A stretch of DNA of 64,000 nt from an uncultured Chthonomonadaceae bacterium (GCA_963835065.1 CAWIEK010000002.1:160001-224000), one strand, 5' to 3'; counted from the stretch's first letter, positions 9,639 to 20,624 are shown. Notes: generated from the letters alone by a model not told the origin. Translations and numbers: made by a program.

Positions 9639-10766
9639 GTGAAAAACCCACGTTATACACAATTAGCCTCCCTGCTGGTGCAGCACTCCATCAAGGTCAA
9701 GCCCGGCGACAAAGTATTCATCGAAACCTTCGACATTCCCACTGATTTTGTGGTGGAATTGATACGGACGGTGGACGCGGCGGGCGGACTGCCGCTTATC
9801 AGTACCAATGAAATGGCGGTACGACGCGCATTGTATTCGGTGGCGACGGAAGCGCAAATGCGGACTATCGGCGCGGTGGAGCGGCTGCGCATGGAGTCGG
9901 TTCAGTGCTACATCGGCGTCAGGGGCAGCCACAACATCAACGAAATGGGCGACGTGCCCAAAGACCGCATGAGCCTGTACGAAGAACACTGGTGGAAGTA
10001 TGTGCATGGCGAGGTGCGCGTTCCCAAAACGCGGTGGGTCGTGCTGCGCTGGCCCAATCCGAGCATGGCGCAGGCCGCCAATCTGCCGACGGAAGCGTTC
10101 GAGGACTTTTATTTTCAGGTGTGCGCGGGCGTGGATTATGGCCGTATGGCCGAAGCCATGAAGCCGCTGCACGAATTGATGGACAAAACCAATCGCGTTC
10201 ACATTCTGGGCGCGGGAACCGACCTGACTTTCAGCAAAAAGGGCATTGCAACCGTTCCCTGCGCAGGCGAAGCGAATGTGCCGGACGGGGAAATTTTCAC
10301 CTGCCCCATCCGCAACTCGGTGAACGGCGTGATTCAGTTCAACTGCGAAACCCTGTACCGGGGTACGACGTTCAACAACATCCGGCTGGTGTTCAAGGAC
10401 GGCAAGGTTGTGGAGGCAAGCGCGGAAAGCGATGGCGACAAACTGAACGAGATTCTGGATGCGGACGAGGGCGCGCGCTATATCGGGGAATGGTCGCTGG
10501 CCTTCAACCCCTACATTCTAAAACCGATGAAAGACATACTCTTCGATGAAAAGATCGCGGGCAGTTTCCACCTGACGCCGGGACAAGCCTACGAGGAAGC
10601 CGACAACGGCAACCGTTCGCAGGTGCATTGGGACATGGTGTGCATCCAGCGTCCCGAATACGGCGGCGGTGAAATCTATTTCGACGACGTTCTCATCCGC
10701 AAGGATGGCCTGTTCACCCTGCCCCAACTGCAAGCCCTCAACCCGGACGCGCTCAAACAAAAGTGA
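9639..10766 (+). CDS. aminopeptidase, M29 (AmpS/AmpT) family
   Basis: NVPDGEIFT, GARYIGE, DILFDEKIAGSFHL..G, SQVHWDMV. Confidence 0.95.
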   Translation: MKNPRYTQLASLLVQHSIKVKPGDKVFIETFDIPTDFVVELIRTVDAAGGLPLISTNEMAVRRALYSVATEAQMRTIGAVERLRMESVQCYIGVRGSHNINEMGDVPKDRMSLYEEHWWKYVHGEVRVPKTRWVVLRWPNPSMAQAANLPTEAFEDFYFQVCAGVDYGRMAEAMKPLHELMDKTNRVHILGAGTDLTFSKKGIATVPCAGEANVPDGEIFTCPIRNSVNGVIQFNCETLYRGTTFNNIRLVFKDGKVVEASAESDGDKLNEILDADEGARYIGEWSLAFNPYILKPMKDILFDEKIAGSFHLTPGQAYEEADNGNRSQVHWDMVCIQRPEYGGGEIYFDDVLIRKDGLFTLPQLQALNPDALKQK

Positions 10767-10894
10767 GCAGCAACGACCATGTTGAAGAGTTTGCGCGAAC
10801 GCATGAACGGCTTTGTTGAATCCGGCGTTGTGCAGCAGCGCCGGAGTTGATTTTGAACTGGAACTTATGTTGTGTGGTGAAATGAGGCATTTCC

Positions 10895-11257
10895 ATGAAA
10901 CAAGTTAAACTCAGTCAAGTCGTTTGCCTTTTCCTGTTCATCGTGGCATTTTTCTGGGTGGTTATGACATTGAGAACACTTGGCGCGTTGCTGCTCGTTC
11001 CTGTATTCGCCGCTTACTTCTATGGAAAGCGCACAGGGTTTTGGAGAGGTTTCTGCATTACCTACATCCTGTTCCTGATTTGTTCTGTGCTGCCGTTCGA
11101 CCTGAGTTTCAAGATAATACCCGGCAAGCCGCGCTTTGTGCCGTTGCTGATGGGACTTCCCACAAAATATGCGTCCGACAAAGCCAGACAGGGTGAAGCG
11201 GTCTTGGGAGGCTGCGGCACAACGGGCTTTGAGCCTAAATGGGTTTGGGTGTGGTGA
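10895..11257 (+). CDS. hypothetical membrane protein
   Basis: GAGG RBS, hydrophobic N-terminal segments. Confidence 0.65.
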   Translation: MKQVKLSQVVCLFLFIVAFFWVVMTLRTLGALLLVPVFAAYFYGKRTGFWRGFCITYILFLICSVLPFDLSFKIIPGKPRFVPLLMGLPTKYASDKARQGEAVLGGCGTTGFEPKWVWVW

Positions 11258-11288
11258 ATTACGAAATGGCTTTCTGTCTCATAATGCG

Positions 11289-11993
11289 TCAAGTCTGAAG
11301 GAGCGATTTCGCTTCGGCAATAAGTTGTTTTATCTTTTCATTTGCCTGCGTGGATTGTGGGGCGCGAATATGCAGTTCCACGCCCGGCGCAAGTATCACG
11401 CGCTGCCATGTTTCGATTACCAATTGCGCTTCTTCTGTTCCCTGTTCCCTGTTCCCTAATTCCTGTCCTCCTATCTCCTTTTCTCCTTTTCTCCTTTTCT
11501 CCTTTTCTTCCTCTTCTGGATGCGGGTGGGGGAAGAGGGCGCGGCGGGATAGTTGTGTGGGTTGGGACGGCTCGAAAGAGGTAACAGTATCGGCGCTTGG
11601 GCGGGCAGTCAGCGCGTCCAGCAGGTATTGGTACGATTCGGCTTGCTCTTCAAGGGTGGCTCCGGCGCTGTCCGGCGGAACCTCGGTCAGCGCGTCGCCA
11701 GCTTCAGGATGAGCATGGCCGATGGGCCATTCACTGCGCGTCAGCAAGGCTCCGACCTGCGCTTCCGTCAGGCACAGCATCCGGTCGCGCATAGCGGCAA
11801 GGGGCAGCAGCGCCTGCTTCAACTGCGCAATCAGGCGCAGGCGGTTCAGGTGGGCGGTTCCATACAGGGCGTAGCGGCCCCGGGACTGCGGCGCGGGCAG
11901 CAGTCCTTTGGCCGCGTAATAGCGAACCGCGCGAGGCGTGACCTGCGCGGCTTGCGCCAGTTCTTCCAGAGTATACAGCGCGTCTTTGGTCAA
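11289..11993 (-). CDS. MerR-family HTH transcriptional regulator
   Basis: YTLEELA....VTPRAVRYY...GLL; C-terminal ETWQRVILAPGVELHIR; repeat-derived insert EKEKRRKGEKE...GNREQGTE. Confidence 0.88.
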   Translation of the reverse strand: MTKDALYTLEELAQAAQVTPRAVRYYAAKGLLPAPQSRGRYALYGTAHLNRLRLIAQLKQALLPLAAMRDRMLCLTEAQVGALLTRSEWPIGHAHPEAGDALTEVPPDSAGATLEEQAESYQYLLDALTARPSADTVTSFEPSQPTQLSRRALFPHPHPEEEEKEKRRKGEKEIGGQELGNREQGTEEAQLVIETWQRVILAPGVELHIRAPQSTQANEKIKQLIAEAKSLLQT

Positions 11994-12022
11994 TCTGCAA
12001 CCTCATGTCTGCGACAGGCCCA

Positions 12023-12148
12023 TGTTCAGGTGTTCAGGTGTTCAGGTATTCGGGTATTCAGGACAATGCGAGAGTACCCTGTTTTCTCGCGCGTGGCAAG
12101 GCTTGCATTAAGTTCCTGAACACCCGAATACCTGAACACCTGAACACC
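12023..12148. repeat. inverted pair of octamer arrays (GGTRTTCR)n / (CCTGAAYA)n
   Basis: 12023-12063 versus 12114-12148 reverse complement. Confidence 0.9.
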
Positions 12149-12150
12149 GA

Positions 12151-12552
12151 TCAGAGTTGTAGTATTGTACCGTCTTCTTCGGCGCGATAGTCAAATATGC
12201 GCTTCACAAACGCGACGAGTTCGCTGGGATTGAAGGGTTTGGTCAGGTAGCAGTCCGCGCCGGACTGCCAGCCTGCCGTCACGTCGGCGTCCATCGCTTT
12301 CGCCGTCAGCATAATGACGGGCAGGTCGCGGGTTGCCGCACTCTTTTTCAGCGTTCGCAGCAGTTCAAAGCCATCCACATAGGGCATCATCACGTCCGTA
12401 ACCACCATATCGGGCGTTTCTTCCGCGATCTTTGCCAGCGCTTCGCGCCCATCGAAGGCCGTGACGACGCGGTAGCCGTGCCGTTCCAGGTTGATTTGCA
12501 CTAAGCGCACAATGCTGCGCTCATCATCCACCGCCAGAATCGTTTTTTGCAT
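12151..12552 (-). CDS. single-domain response regulator (receiver)
   Basis: ILAVDD, DVMMP, MLTA, GADCYLTKPF. Confidence 0.95.
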   Translation of the reverse strand: MQKTILAVDDERSIVRLVQINLERHGYRVVTAFDGREALAKIAEETPDMVVTDVMMPYVDGFELLRTLKKSAATRDLPVIMLTAKAMDADVTAGWQSGADCYLTKPFNPSELVAFVKRIFDYRAEEDGTILQL

Positions 12553-12871
12553 TTGCTATGTTCCTTTCTAACTGTCACCTGTCTGCCATCCGCATCGGCG
12601 AACGCATACCAGTCTATAAACAGATACGTCTTCAAAGTGAAATTAAAGTGTAAAACTCACGCGCTGTAACTGCAATATAACTGTAATCATAATGACGTAG
12701 AAGTGGCGTAAAGAAGTTCGCTATGTACGGAGAAGCGCGAAAGTTTTTGTGGAGGCGGATTTGTTACGGCTAATACCCGGTCAAGGAAGAAGAGCAGGGT
12801 AGGGGCGCCGCTTGCCGCGCCCATGTTACCAATATCCACGCGCCCATGTTATCAATATCCACAGGTAACGC

Positions 12872-12911
12872 AAAAACGCCGAACGGAACGCATTATGCGT
12901 TTCGTCCGGCG
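12872..12911 (-). terminator. intrinsic terminator after the DUF1559 gene
   Basis: on the minus strand, cgccggacgaaacgca-taa-tgcgttccgttcggcg hairpin followed by TTTTT. Confidence 0.75.
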
Positions 12912-12982
12912 GATGTATCTTGCGCGGTAGATTGCGCGTTCAGCCTGCGGTTTTCAAGCGGCAGGCCAAATGCGACACACTG

Positions 12983-13882
12983 TTATTGGAGGTTCCAGAA
13001 CGGCCAGGGCTGCGTCCAGGAAGGAGGCGTGCCTGTCGTCCAGGACATTACTTCCGAAGTCGGGATGGGGGCGTTGCCGTATTGCGCGGAGGACGGGCAT
13101 TTGGCGAAGAGATCGTCAACCTTGAGGTATTTGGAGTGGCCGTCGCAGTACGCCACAATAAGGCCATCCGCATGAGGCGCGTATTTGTGATTCACCACGC
13201 CACCCGGCTTCATCAATCCCTGCCAGTATTCGCGGGTCGCAAGGGGGTACGAGGTCTGCTGCGCGGCTCCGATGTTGTACGCGCCCACGCCGGGGATGTT
13301 GGTTTCCATCAGCAGCATGGCTTCCGCCGCGCTGTTCACGCCCGCCAATGTGCCGCCGGACCAGGAATTGCGGAACGCGCCGGCTTTTGTCGTGCTTGTG
13401 CCGCTTGCCGTCCAGGTGTTGAGGCTGCCTGTCAAGCCGATGTTCAGGCCGTAGCCCGCTTCGTCAATTTCCGCCGCGTAGTTCCAGGAGTCCTTATTGT
13501 AGACGCGGCTGGGGCAGAAGTTGATCTGCACGTTCTTGGTATAGGGATACGTCCAGTACCACCATTTGTAGTGATTGACGCGATCCCCGAAGTAGGGCGC
13601 AGACGTGCAGCCGACTGCTGTTGCGGGCGCTCCGGGCGGCGCAACCGTGCCGCCGTTGATGCAATCGTCGTTGCGCGGCCACGTTTCGTCGTAGTCCTGC
13701 ACGTACATCAGCAGGCCCAGGCCCAACTGCTTGCTGTTGGACAAACAGCTTGTCTGCCGCGCTTTTTCGCGCGCCTGCGCAAAAACCGGGAAGAGAATAG
13801 CGGCCAGAATAGCGATAATGGCAATCACGACGAGCAGTTCGATAAGCGTGAAACCGGAGCGGGAGGGTGTTTTCCACTGCAT
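12983..13882 (-). CDS. prepilin-type N-methylation / DUF1559 protein with H-X9-DG motif
   Basis: [63 protein letters not shown]. Confidence 0.94.
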   Translation of the reverse strand: MQWKTPSRSGFTLIELLVVIAIIAILAAILFPVFAQAREKARQTSCLSNSKQLGLGLLMYVQDYDETWPRNDDCINGGTVAPPGAPATAVGCTSAPYFGDRVNHYKWWYWTYPYTKNVQINFCPSRVYNKDSWNYAAEIDEAGYGLNIGLTGSLNTWTASGTSTTKAGAFRNSWSGGTLAGVNSAAEAMLLMETNIPGVGAYNIGAAQQTSYPLATREYWQGLMKPGGVVNHKYAPHADGLIVAYCDGHSKYLKVDDLFAKCPSSAQYGNAPIPTSEVMSWTTGTPPSWTQPWPFWNLQ

Positions 13883-14284
13883 ACGAGTTCTCCTTGAAAA
13901 AAGAATGGACGCCATTATCCGGGGAACGGTTGTCATTGTTCCCTCCAAATCTTACCCGGTTTTTAAGCGATATGCGCCGCGCCTGATGTTAAATTTCGGT
14001 TAAGACAGCAAAAACTCGGTAAACGGGCTTGCTCTGTCCTGTGCAGGCAACATCACAGCCGTTAAATTTGCTTATTAAACCATTTGACGCTGGATTTGAC
14101 ACTAATTTGGTTCATAATAACGTAGAGGAAAGAGAAACAAACTGTTTCCACGAGTTTTGTAAGGATGGCCGTCGGCGAGGAAGCCGTCGGGCTGCGAGAA
14201 GAAAGGGCGACGCTGCTGCAAGCGCGCCGTTTCGTCTCCCATCCGCGCAATCTGAATAACAACACACGATTCGAGGAGGAATCC

Positions 14285-15628
14285 ATGACTGCCGTAACCC
14301 AATCGCCTTCGGGGGAAATTCAAATGCCTTCCGGCGATCTCAACTTTCTGCCCAACGCCCCATTTTCTCTGGACACCAAAGAAACCCTCAACCCTTTCAC
14401 CAACGCCCTGGAACAACTCGACGTTGCCGCCCGCTATTTAGAACTCCCGCCCGCCATTCATGCCATGCTGCGCCGCTCCGAACGGGAACTGACCGTGCAT
14501 TTTCCCGTCAAAATGGACGACGGCTCGATACGCATCTTTGAAGGGCATCGCGTTCAATACAATTCCAGTCGCGGCCCGTGCAAGGGCGGCATCCGCTACG
14601 CGGCGGGCGTGAATTTGGACGAGGTACGCGCTTTGGCGTGTTTGATGACGTGGAAATGCGCGGTTGTCGGCTCGGTTCCGTTCGGCGGCGCGAAGGGCGG
14701 CGTTCTGGTAGACCCCCGCGCGCTGTCAATGGGCGAATTGGAACGGCTGACCCGCCGCTTCACAGCGGAACTTTCCAGTTTCATCGGGCCGGATATTGAC
14801 ATTCCCGCGCCGGACATGGGAACCAACGCGCAAACGATGGCGTGGATGATGGACACGTATTCGATGGGCAAGGGGCGCACGGTTCCCGCAGTGGTGACGG
14901 GTAAGCCGGTCGCTATCGGCGGCTCGGAAGGCCGGGCGGACGCGACAGGCCGGGGCATCGTGTTTATCACGCGGGAAGCCATAAAAGCGTGGAAGCAGGA
15001 AGTGAAGGACATTACGATTGCCGTGCAGGGGTTCGGCAATGTCGGCGGCGTGGCGGCGCGTATTTTTCACGCGATGGGCGCGAAAGTAGTGGCCGTCAGC
15101 GATGCGCTCGGCGGCCTGTACAATCCGAACGGCCTTGACATACCCGCCCTGCTGGAATGCGCCAACCGGGACGGCAGCCTGACCCGGCACACGGGAGGCG
15201 AACCCATCAGCAGCCGCGCCCTGCTGGAACTTCCCGTTGACGTGCTGGTTCCCGCCGCAACGGAAAACCAGATCACTGCGGAAAACGCCGCCCGTATCCG
15301 CGCCCGAATGATCGTGGAAGGCGCGAACGGCCCGACAACCCCCGCCGCCGACCGTATTCTGGAACAAAACGGCGTGACCGTGATTCCCGATATTCTGGCG
15401 AACGCGGGCGGAGTGATCGTGTCGTACTTCGAGTGGGTGCAGGACTTGCAGTTCTTCTTTTGGAGCGAGGAGCAGGTCAACAACAAGCTGGAAGACATCA
15501 TGGTTCATTCGTACCGCGATGTGCTGACAATGGCCCAAACCAAGCAGGTCAACATGCGCCTCGCCGCCTATCTCATCGGCGTAAAGCGCGTCGCCGAAGC
15601 CACGCAGTTGCGAGGTATCTACCCGTAA
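14285..15628 (+). CDS. gdhA: Glu/Leu/Phe/Val dehydrogenase (glutamate dehydrogenase)
   Basis: RGPCKGGIRY, PFGGAKGG, DIPAPDMGT, QGFGNVG, EGANGP, PDILANAGGV..SYFEW. Confidence 0.95.
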   Translation: MTAVTQSPSGEIQMPSGDLNFLPNAPFSLDTKETLNPFTNALEQLDVAARYLELPPAIHAMLRRSERELTVHFPVKMDDGSIRIFEGHRVQYNSSRGPCKGGIRYAAGVNLDEVRALACLMTWKCAVVGSVPFGGAKGGVLVDPRALSMGELERLTRRFTAELSSFIGPDIDIPAPDMGTNAQTMAWMMDTYSMGKGRTVPAVVTGKPVAIGGSEGRADATGRGIVFITREAIKAWKQEVKDITIAVQGFGNVGGVAARIFHAMGAKVVAVSDALGGLYNPNGLDIPALLECANRDGSLTRHTGGEPISSRALLELPVDVLVPAATENQITAENAARIRARMIVEGANGPTTPAADRILEQNGVTVIPDILANAGGVIVSYFEWVQDLQFFFWSEEQVNNKLEDIMVHSYRDVLTMAQTKQVNMRLAAYLIGVKRVAEATQLRGIYP

Positions 15629-15665
15629 ATAGGGGGTTGGTATTGGGCAGCAGGTGTCAGGCAGC

Positions 15666-15706
15666 AGGACACGCGGAACAAGGCTCTTGTTTCGCGCGTC
15701 CTTTTT
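15666..15706 (+). terminator. intrinsic terminator after gdh
   Basis: aggac.cgcggaacaag/cttgtttcgcg.gtcct hairpin plus T-run. Confidence 0.7.
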
Positions 15707-15778
15707 GCATCTTGCGGAATGTAAATGCGGCGACCATTAAAATGCGCGGGAAGCCGTGAAGTGAGAGGAGAATCTGGC

Positions 15779-16042
15779 ATGAGTACCAAAACCGATCAGG
15801 ATGTGAAACAACGCAGCGATACGAACCCGGAGCGGGGCGAACATGAGTACGGCGATGTGGAGTTCGCGGACGCCACTAACAACAAGTATCCCATTGACAC
15901 GCCCGAACATATCCGCGCCGCCTGGAGCTACATCCATCATAAGGACAACGCGGCCAAATACGGCGCGGCGGATGTGGACAAGATCAAGCATCGCATCGAG
16001 CAGGCTGCTAAAAAGCATGGCATCGAGCTTCACGCCGAATAA
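15779..16042 (+). CDS. small protein, DUF6582-like
   Basis: YGDVEFAD...KYPIDTPEHIRAAWSYI; GAGGAG RBS. Confidence 0.8.
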   Translation: MSTKTDQDVKQRSDTNPERGEHEYGDVEFADATNNKYPIDTPEHIRAAWSYIHHKDNAAKYGAADVDKIKHRIEQAAKKHGIELHAE

Positions 16043-16047
16043 ACATT

Positions 16048-17364
16048 TCAGGACGTTTCAGCTGCGCCGTCGCGGTTGCGCATCAGGACGACGGGCAGGA
16101 AGGGAACGACGAACAGCACCAGCACGGTGGTTCCAGCGTTCAGCCACACGAGGTTGAGAAACGTGAAACGGAAGCGGCCATACAGCCATGAGCCGGTCCA
16201 GTCGGAAAGCGCGTTGGTGAAGTTCCAAACACTCATCATTACGGCGTAGCCCAGGGCTTCGCTGCCACGCGGCGTAGCGCGGGCGGCAAGGTCGTAAATG
16301 GGCAGCATCGCCAGCGTTCCCGTGAAGCCGCTCAGGGCCGTAATGAGGTAGGCAGATGTGGAGTCATGGTAACCCAGGTAGAAAAGGGTTCCAATCGCGT
16401 GAATGATGATGCTGCCGCCAAGCAGGGCGCGCAGGGGCAAATGCCGGCACGCCGCATAATAAAAAACGGCTCCCAACAGGCCGAAACCGGCGGCAACGCA
16501 CCCTAAATTGCCGACAAACGTTTTGGAAAAGTGCAGCGCGTTGGTCTGGTGAAACAGCAGGGGCGTTCCGAAACCGGGCGATGCGGCTACCAGGCAAATC
16601 ATGCCTGCTGCGCTGAGAAGGGTTTTATTCTGGTACAACAGGCATAATTGCTGCCAGGCATTGCGCCAGACCTGTTTGTTGATGCGCCGCTGTTCCGGGG
16701 GCAGGGGCGTTTCCTTTAGATGGAATATGTACATCGGAACCAGAACCAGATGCAGCAGGGACGCCAAACTTGTTGTCAGCACAAACGGATGGGAAGCCAA
16801 TCGCCCGCCAATCAAATCCCCAAATAGACTGCCGACCCGAAACATGGCGATGCGCTGCGCGGTCATGCGCCCCGCCGCCCGAAAACGCGCTCCCACTTCC
16901 ACCATTACGCCGCCAAGCGAAGTGCTGGTAAAAACAACGGTGATGTACAGCAGCGTGTAAGTCAGGAGCAGACTGGCATAGGTACGCGGCACAACGTTCA
17001 TCATCAACCAGGCCAGCCCCGTTCCCAGTAAACTCAGCAGCAGGTAAAACCGCCGCCGCGTTCCGAACAGGGGTACGCTGTCGCACAGCAGCCCCGCCAC
17101 CGGCTTGATATAATTGGAAAACTGGCCGATAGCAAAAAAACCCGACACTGCCTGCGATGTCAGGTGCAAATCGTCTTTCAGCAGGAACCGGAGCGGCAAG
17201 TTGGCAATGCCTAATCCAAGGTTCGTGCCGAGCCAGCCCAGGCTGATGATGAAAGCCAGGTTCGTCAGCGTTCTCGGCGCAAGAGAGGAAGGCGGTTCGG
17301 CCAGGCCAGAATCAGCGGGCATCGGGATTGACGTATCCGCAGCAGTGACAGGTGTGTTTTCCAT
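16048..17364 (-). CDS. MFS transporter (BT1 folate/biopterin-like)
   Basis: 12-TM pattern; IKPVAGLLCDSVPLFGTRRR. Confidence 0.88.
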   Translation of the reverse strand: MENTPVTAADTSIPMPADSGLAEPPSSLAPRTLTNLAFIISLGWLGTNLGLGIANLPLRFLLKDDLHLTSQAVSGFFAIGQFSNYIKPVAGLLCDSVPLFGTRRRFYLLLSLLGTGLAWLMMNVVPRTYASLLLTYTLLYITVVFTSTSLGGVMVEVGARFRAAGRMTAQRIAMFRVGSLFGDLIGGRLASHPFVLTTSLASLLHLVLVPMYIFHLKETPLPPEQRRINKQVWRNAWQQLCLLYQNKTLLSAAGMICLVAASPGFGTPLLFHQTNALHFSKTFVGNLGCVAAGFGLLGAVFYYAACRHLPLRALLGGSIIIHAIGTLFYLGYHDSTSAYLITALSGFTGTLAMLPIYDLAARATPRGSEALGYAVMMSVWNFTNALSDWTGSWLYGRFRFTFLNLVWLNAGTTVLVLFVVPFLPVVLMRNRDGAAETS

Positions 17365-17403
17365 GCCAGCCTATACGCCATCCTTCGCCCGCTTTCCTGC
17401 TTG

Positions 17404-18495
17404 TCAGCCCATCTTCTTTTTCATCAGCATTGCCGCGCCTGCCAGCGCCAGCGCGCCGACAAGAGGGATTGGAACGGGCGCGGCCTTGTTTCCGTTCCCG
17501 CCATGAGCGCCGCTGTTATTGCCGTCGCTGTCATTGTTGCTATTGCCATTGCTGCCATTGCCGTCATGCGTGGAAGCCATCTGCTGCGCCTTTTCCTTCA
17601 TTTTCTGCCGCTCGGCGCCTTCCGCGAAGTCCAGCCCTCCAACCGGCCCATAAAGATTGTCTGCCGCTGTCGGCAGCTTGGCGCGGGCCGACTTCTGGCC
17701 TTCAAACCCGATTTTTTCCAGCATAGCGTCAAGCATCAGGGGCGCAATACGTTGCGTGAGCAGCATCATTTTGCCCGCATTGCCGACAACCATCTCCCGT
17801 ACCGGATGCGCCGCCGCGTACAAAATGGCATCCGCGACCATCGAAGGCGGATAAATCGGCGGAATACCCATAGGTTCGACGCCCAATTTCGTGCCGGCTT
17901 TGGCGAACAGGGGCGTATCTATGGAAGCGGGCATGATTTCCGTCAGGCTGATGGGCGCATGATCGTGGTTTAGTTCAATGCGCAGGGCTTGCACCAGGCC
18001 ATGCAGCGCGTGTTTGGAAGCGGCATACGCGCTGTTGTACGGCAGGGAGATTTGCGATTCTATGGACGAAATCACGATCAGGGCGCTTCCCGAACCCTGC
18101 CGCATGTACGGCAATGCGGCTTTGATACCATGCACATAGCCTATGACATTAACGGTCAATAGGCGCTCGAATTCTTCGGGCGTGGTCTGCTCGAATGGCG
18201 CGTACACGCTGACCGCCGCCGCGTGTACCCACGTATCCAGCCTCCCGAAACGCCGAACCGTTTCGCGGGCAACCGCCTGCACCTGCCCAAAGTTGACGGC
18301 GTCCGCCGCCATGCCCACGCACGTGCCGCCCACTCCGGCGATTTCCTCCACCAGTGTGCGCAGGCCATATTCGTCATTGGAGGCGACAACCACCGTCGCG
18401 CCCTTACGCGCAAAGCGCAGCGCCGTTTCGCGCCCAATCCCACTCGACGCGCCAAACACAACAACCACTTGCTGCGCTATCGGTTTTAACTTCAT
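17404..18495 (-). CDS. SDR family oxidoreductase
   Basis: GASSGIGR, YAASKHA, PASIDTP; C-terminal hydrophobic anchor. Confidence 0.92.
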   Translation of the reverse strand: MKLKPIAQQVVVVFGASSGIGRETALRFARKGATVVVASNDEYGLRTLVEEIAGVGGTCVGMAADAVNFGQVQAVARETVRRFGRLDTWVHAAAVSVYAPFEQTTPEEFERLLTVNVIGYVHGIKAALPYMRQGSGSALIVISSIESQISLPYNSAYAASKHALHGLVQALRIELNHDHAPISLTEIMPASIDTPLFAKAGTKLGVEPMGIPPIYPPSMVADAILYAAAHPVREMVVGNAGKMMLLTQRIAPLMLDAMLEKIGFEGQKSARAKLPTAADNLYGPVGGLDFAEGAERQKMKEKAQQMASTHDGNGSNGNSNNDSDGNNSGAHGGNGNKAAPVPIPLVGALALAGAAMLMKKKMG

Positions 18496-18555
18496 CACGT
18501 GTTACTCCTCACTCTCGCTTGTTGCTCTCACTCTCCACTCTCCACTCTCACCTGG

Positions 18556-18810
18556 TTAATCGTGATCTTCGCTGCCCTGCCGTGACACTTTCGGACGGTT
18601 GCCATGCGACTCATTGTTGACGTTGGACACAGTGGCTTCCGGCGAGGGGGTTCGGCTGCGCCGTTCACTGACGGGGTTTTCCGCTTCCGGCTGCTGCAAT
18701 CCGGGATTGTCGGTTACGTTGACGCGAGGATCGTTCTGATTGCTGCCCTTGTGCGTATCGTGAGCGGCGTTGGCGTTCTGCGTCTCGGCTTGCGCGTTGT
18801 TGTCTGCCAT
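18556..18810 (-). CDS. small hydrophilic protein
   Basis: AAGGAAG RBS; 84 aa, N/Q/S-rich. Confidence 0.6.
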   Translation of the reverse strand: MADNNAQAETQNANAAHDTHKGSNQNDPRVNVTDNPGLQQPEAENPVSERRSRTPSPEATVSNVNNESHGNRPKVSRQGSEDHD

Positions 18811-19120
18811 GTTCGTTCTTCCTTTTGTTCGGTATTCGGTGTTCGGTGTTCGGACAATCCGGCATGTTCATGCTCTAAAGTGAGCGTAGTTCATGCGGAC
18901 TGTTCCGCTTTAAAGGCGCGTTTCATAAGGAAAAGCGCTTACCGATAGATCGAAAACGGCATGAATTCGGGCGCAAACCAGCGGGATGAATTTATCTATT
19001 TAATTCGGCAGGGGTGCAGGCAAGCGGGGAAGCGGAAAGGAAGAAAAGGAGAAGAGAAGAAGATATTAAATAATAGGCATCAACCTGACACCTGACACCT
19101 GATACCTGACACCTCACCCG

Positions 19121-19987
19121 TCAGTCCTTCAAGCCGGTCATTGCCATGCCTTTGACGATGTGGCGCTGGAACAGCAGAAACACAATAACGACAGGAATAG
19201 TGCAAAGTACGCTTGCCGCCAGGGTGAGCGCGTACTCCGCATAGTAGGAGGTTTGGAACAGGGCGATGCCGACGGGCAGGGTGAATTTGTCTACCGAGTT
19301 GAGGAAAACCAGTGGCCCGATGAAATCGTTCCATGAGCCGATGAAGCAGAAAATACCTAATGTGGCAAGCGCGGGCTTGGAAAGCGGGAGGATGACGCGC
19401 CAGTAGATGCCGAAGCGGGTGCATCCGTCCAGCGTGGCGGCTTCTTCCAGTTCTTTGGGGATGGACAGGAAAAACTGGTGCAGCAAAAACACGCCGAACG
19501 CGCCCGCCCCGGCAGGCACAATCAGCGCGAGTGGAGTATCCAGCCAGCCTAATTGATTGAGGATCAGATACACGGGCACGAGCAAAATCTGACCGGGAAC
19601 CATCAGGGTTGCCACAATAAACGGGAACAGCCATTTCTTGCCCGGCAATTCCAAACGCGCCAGCCCATACGCGGCCAGCGAATCAACCGTCAGGACAAGC
19701 AGCGTTACGGACGTGGAAATAAACACGCTGTTGGCGAACCAGCGCGCAACGGGAATTTCTTCGGGGTTGAACAGAATATCGCGGAAATTCTGCGTGGTCG
19801 GATGTTGGGGCAGCAGGCCGCGAAAGTGAATGATTTCCGCATCCGGCTTGAATGCGGTAATCGCCATCAGCACAACCGGCAGCACGAACAGCAGGCCCCC
19901 ACACGCCACCAGCAGTTCCACCGCGATTTTGCGCGTCCGGTTCCGCCGCGCGTCCAGCAAAACCCCATTGTCGCGGAAATTGCTCAT
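19121..19987 (-). CDS. carbohydrate ABC transporter permease
   Basis: EAA loop ELEEAATLDG, SWNDF, multi-TM. Confidence 0.95.
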   Translation of the reverse strand: MSNFRDNGVLLDARRNRTRKIAVELLVACGGLLFVLPVVLMAITAFKPDAEIIHFRGLLPQHPTTQNFRDILFNPEEIPVARWFANSVFISTSVTLLVLTVDSLAAYGLARLELPGKKWLFPFIVATLMVPGQILLVPVYLILNQLGWLDTPLALIVPAGAGAFGVFLLHQFFLSIPKELEEAATLDGCTRFGIYWRVILPLSKPALATLGIFCFIGSWNDFIGPLVFLNSVDKFTLPVGIALFQTSYYAEYALTLAASVLCTIPVVIVFLLFQRHIVKGMAMTGLKD

Positions 19988-19995
19988 AATAGATA

Positions 19996-20616
19996 TTAAC
20001 TCTCAACCATCACGCCTACGGCGGCGGGGAGGCGTGGGCGCAGGACGCGCAGTTGCAGGTCACGGCGGTAGACGTGGCGGAACATATCGCCGCGCTGTTC
20101 CAGAGCGCGCGCTTCATCGGGCAGGTCGGCTTCCGCGCCCGCGTAGAGAATCACCACATCGTCGCTGATGTCGCAAAACAATTCCTGTACGCGGTTCTGG
20201 TGGCCCCGGTCCAGAGCGTCGGCAAGACGCAACAGGGGGGCAAGCAGTCCCACGCGCTGCTTGTCGGCTTCGGTCAGGATGCCGAACGCGGTATGTTCAA
20301 CGGCTGGCAGAGCCTTGCGATGGTAACGCGCCAGATTAGCAATCACGGCCTTTTCTTCCCGCGAGAACTCCGGCAGGGGTTCCATCATAATCATTTGCAG
20401 GGCGTGGCGGTGATGCCCCTTGCTGCTGACATAGTAGCCGATGTCGTGCAAAATAGCGGCGTATTCCAGCAGTTTACGGTCGTCGCGCTCCAGTTGGTGC
20501 AGCGACTGAAGTTCCATAAACAGCGTTCCCGCCAGGCATTCCACCTGATGCGCGTGTCCCGCGTCGTAATCGTACCGACGCGCCAGTTCGAGAATAGCGT
20601 TGAGTTTTGGGTTCAT
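19996..20616 (-). CDS. HD-domain protein (stand-alone Ppx/GppA C-terminal domain)
   Basis: HAHQV, AAILHDIG, HHRH, ARYHRK, LRLADALDR. Confidence 0.9.
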   Translation of the reverse strand: MNPKLNAILELARRYDYDAGHAHQVECLAGTLFMELQSLHQLERDDRKLLEYAAILHDIGYYVSSKGHHRHALQMIMMEPLPEFSREEKAVIANLARYHRKALPAVEHTAFGILTEADKQRVGLLAPLLRLADALDRGHQNRVQELFCDISDDVVILYAGAEADLPDEARALEQRGDMFRHVYRRDLQLRVLRPRLPAAVGVMVES

Positions 20617-20624
20617 GGTTGGGT

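Noticed and set aside
8079..11993. ADP-ribosylglycohydrolase + MerR as a conflict module
   Set aside because: Separated by unrelated genes on both strands; no ADP-ribosyltransferase or VWA partner visible.
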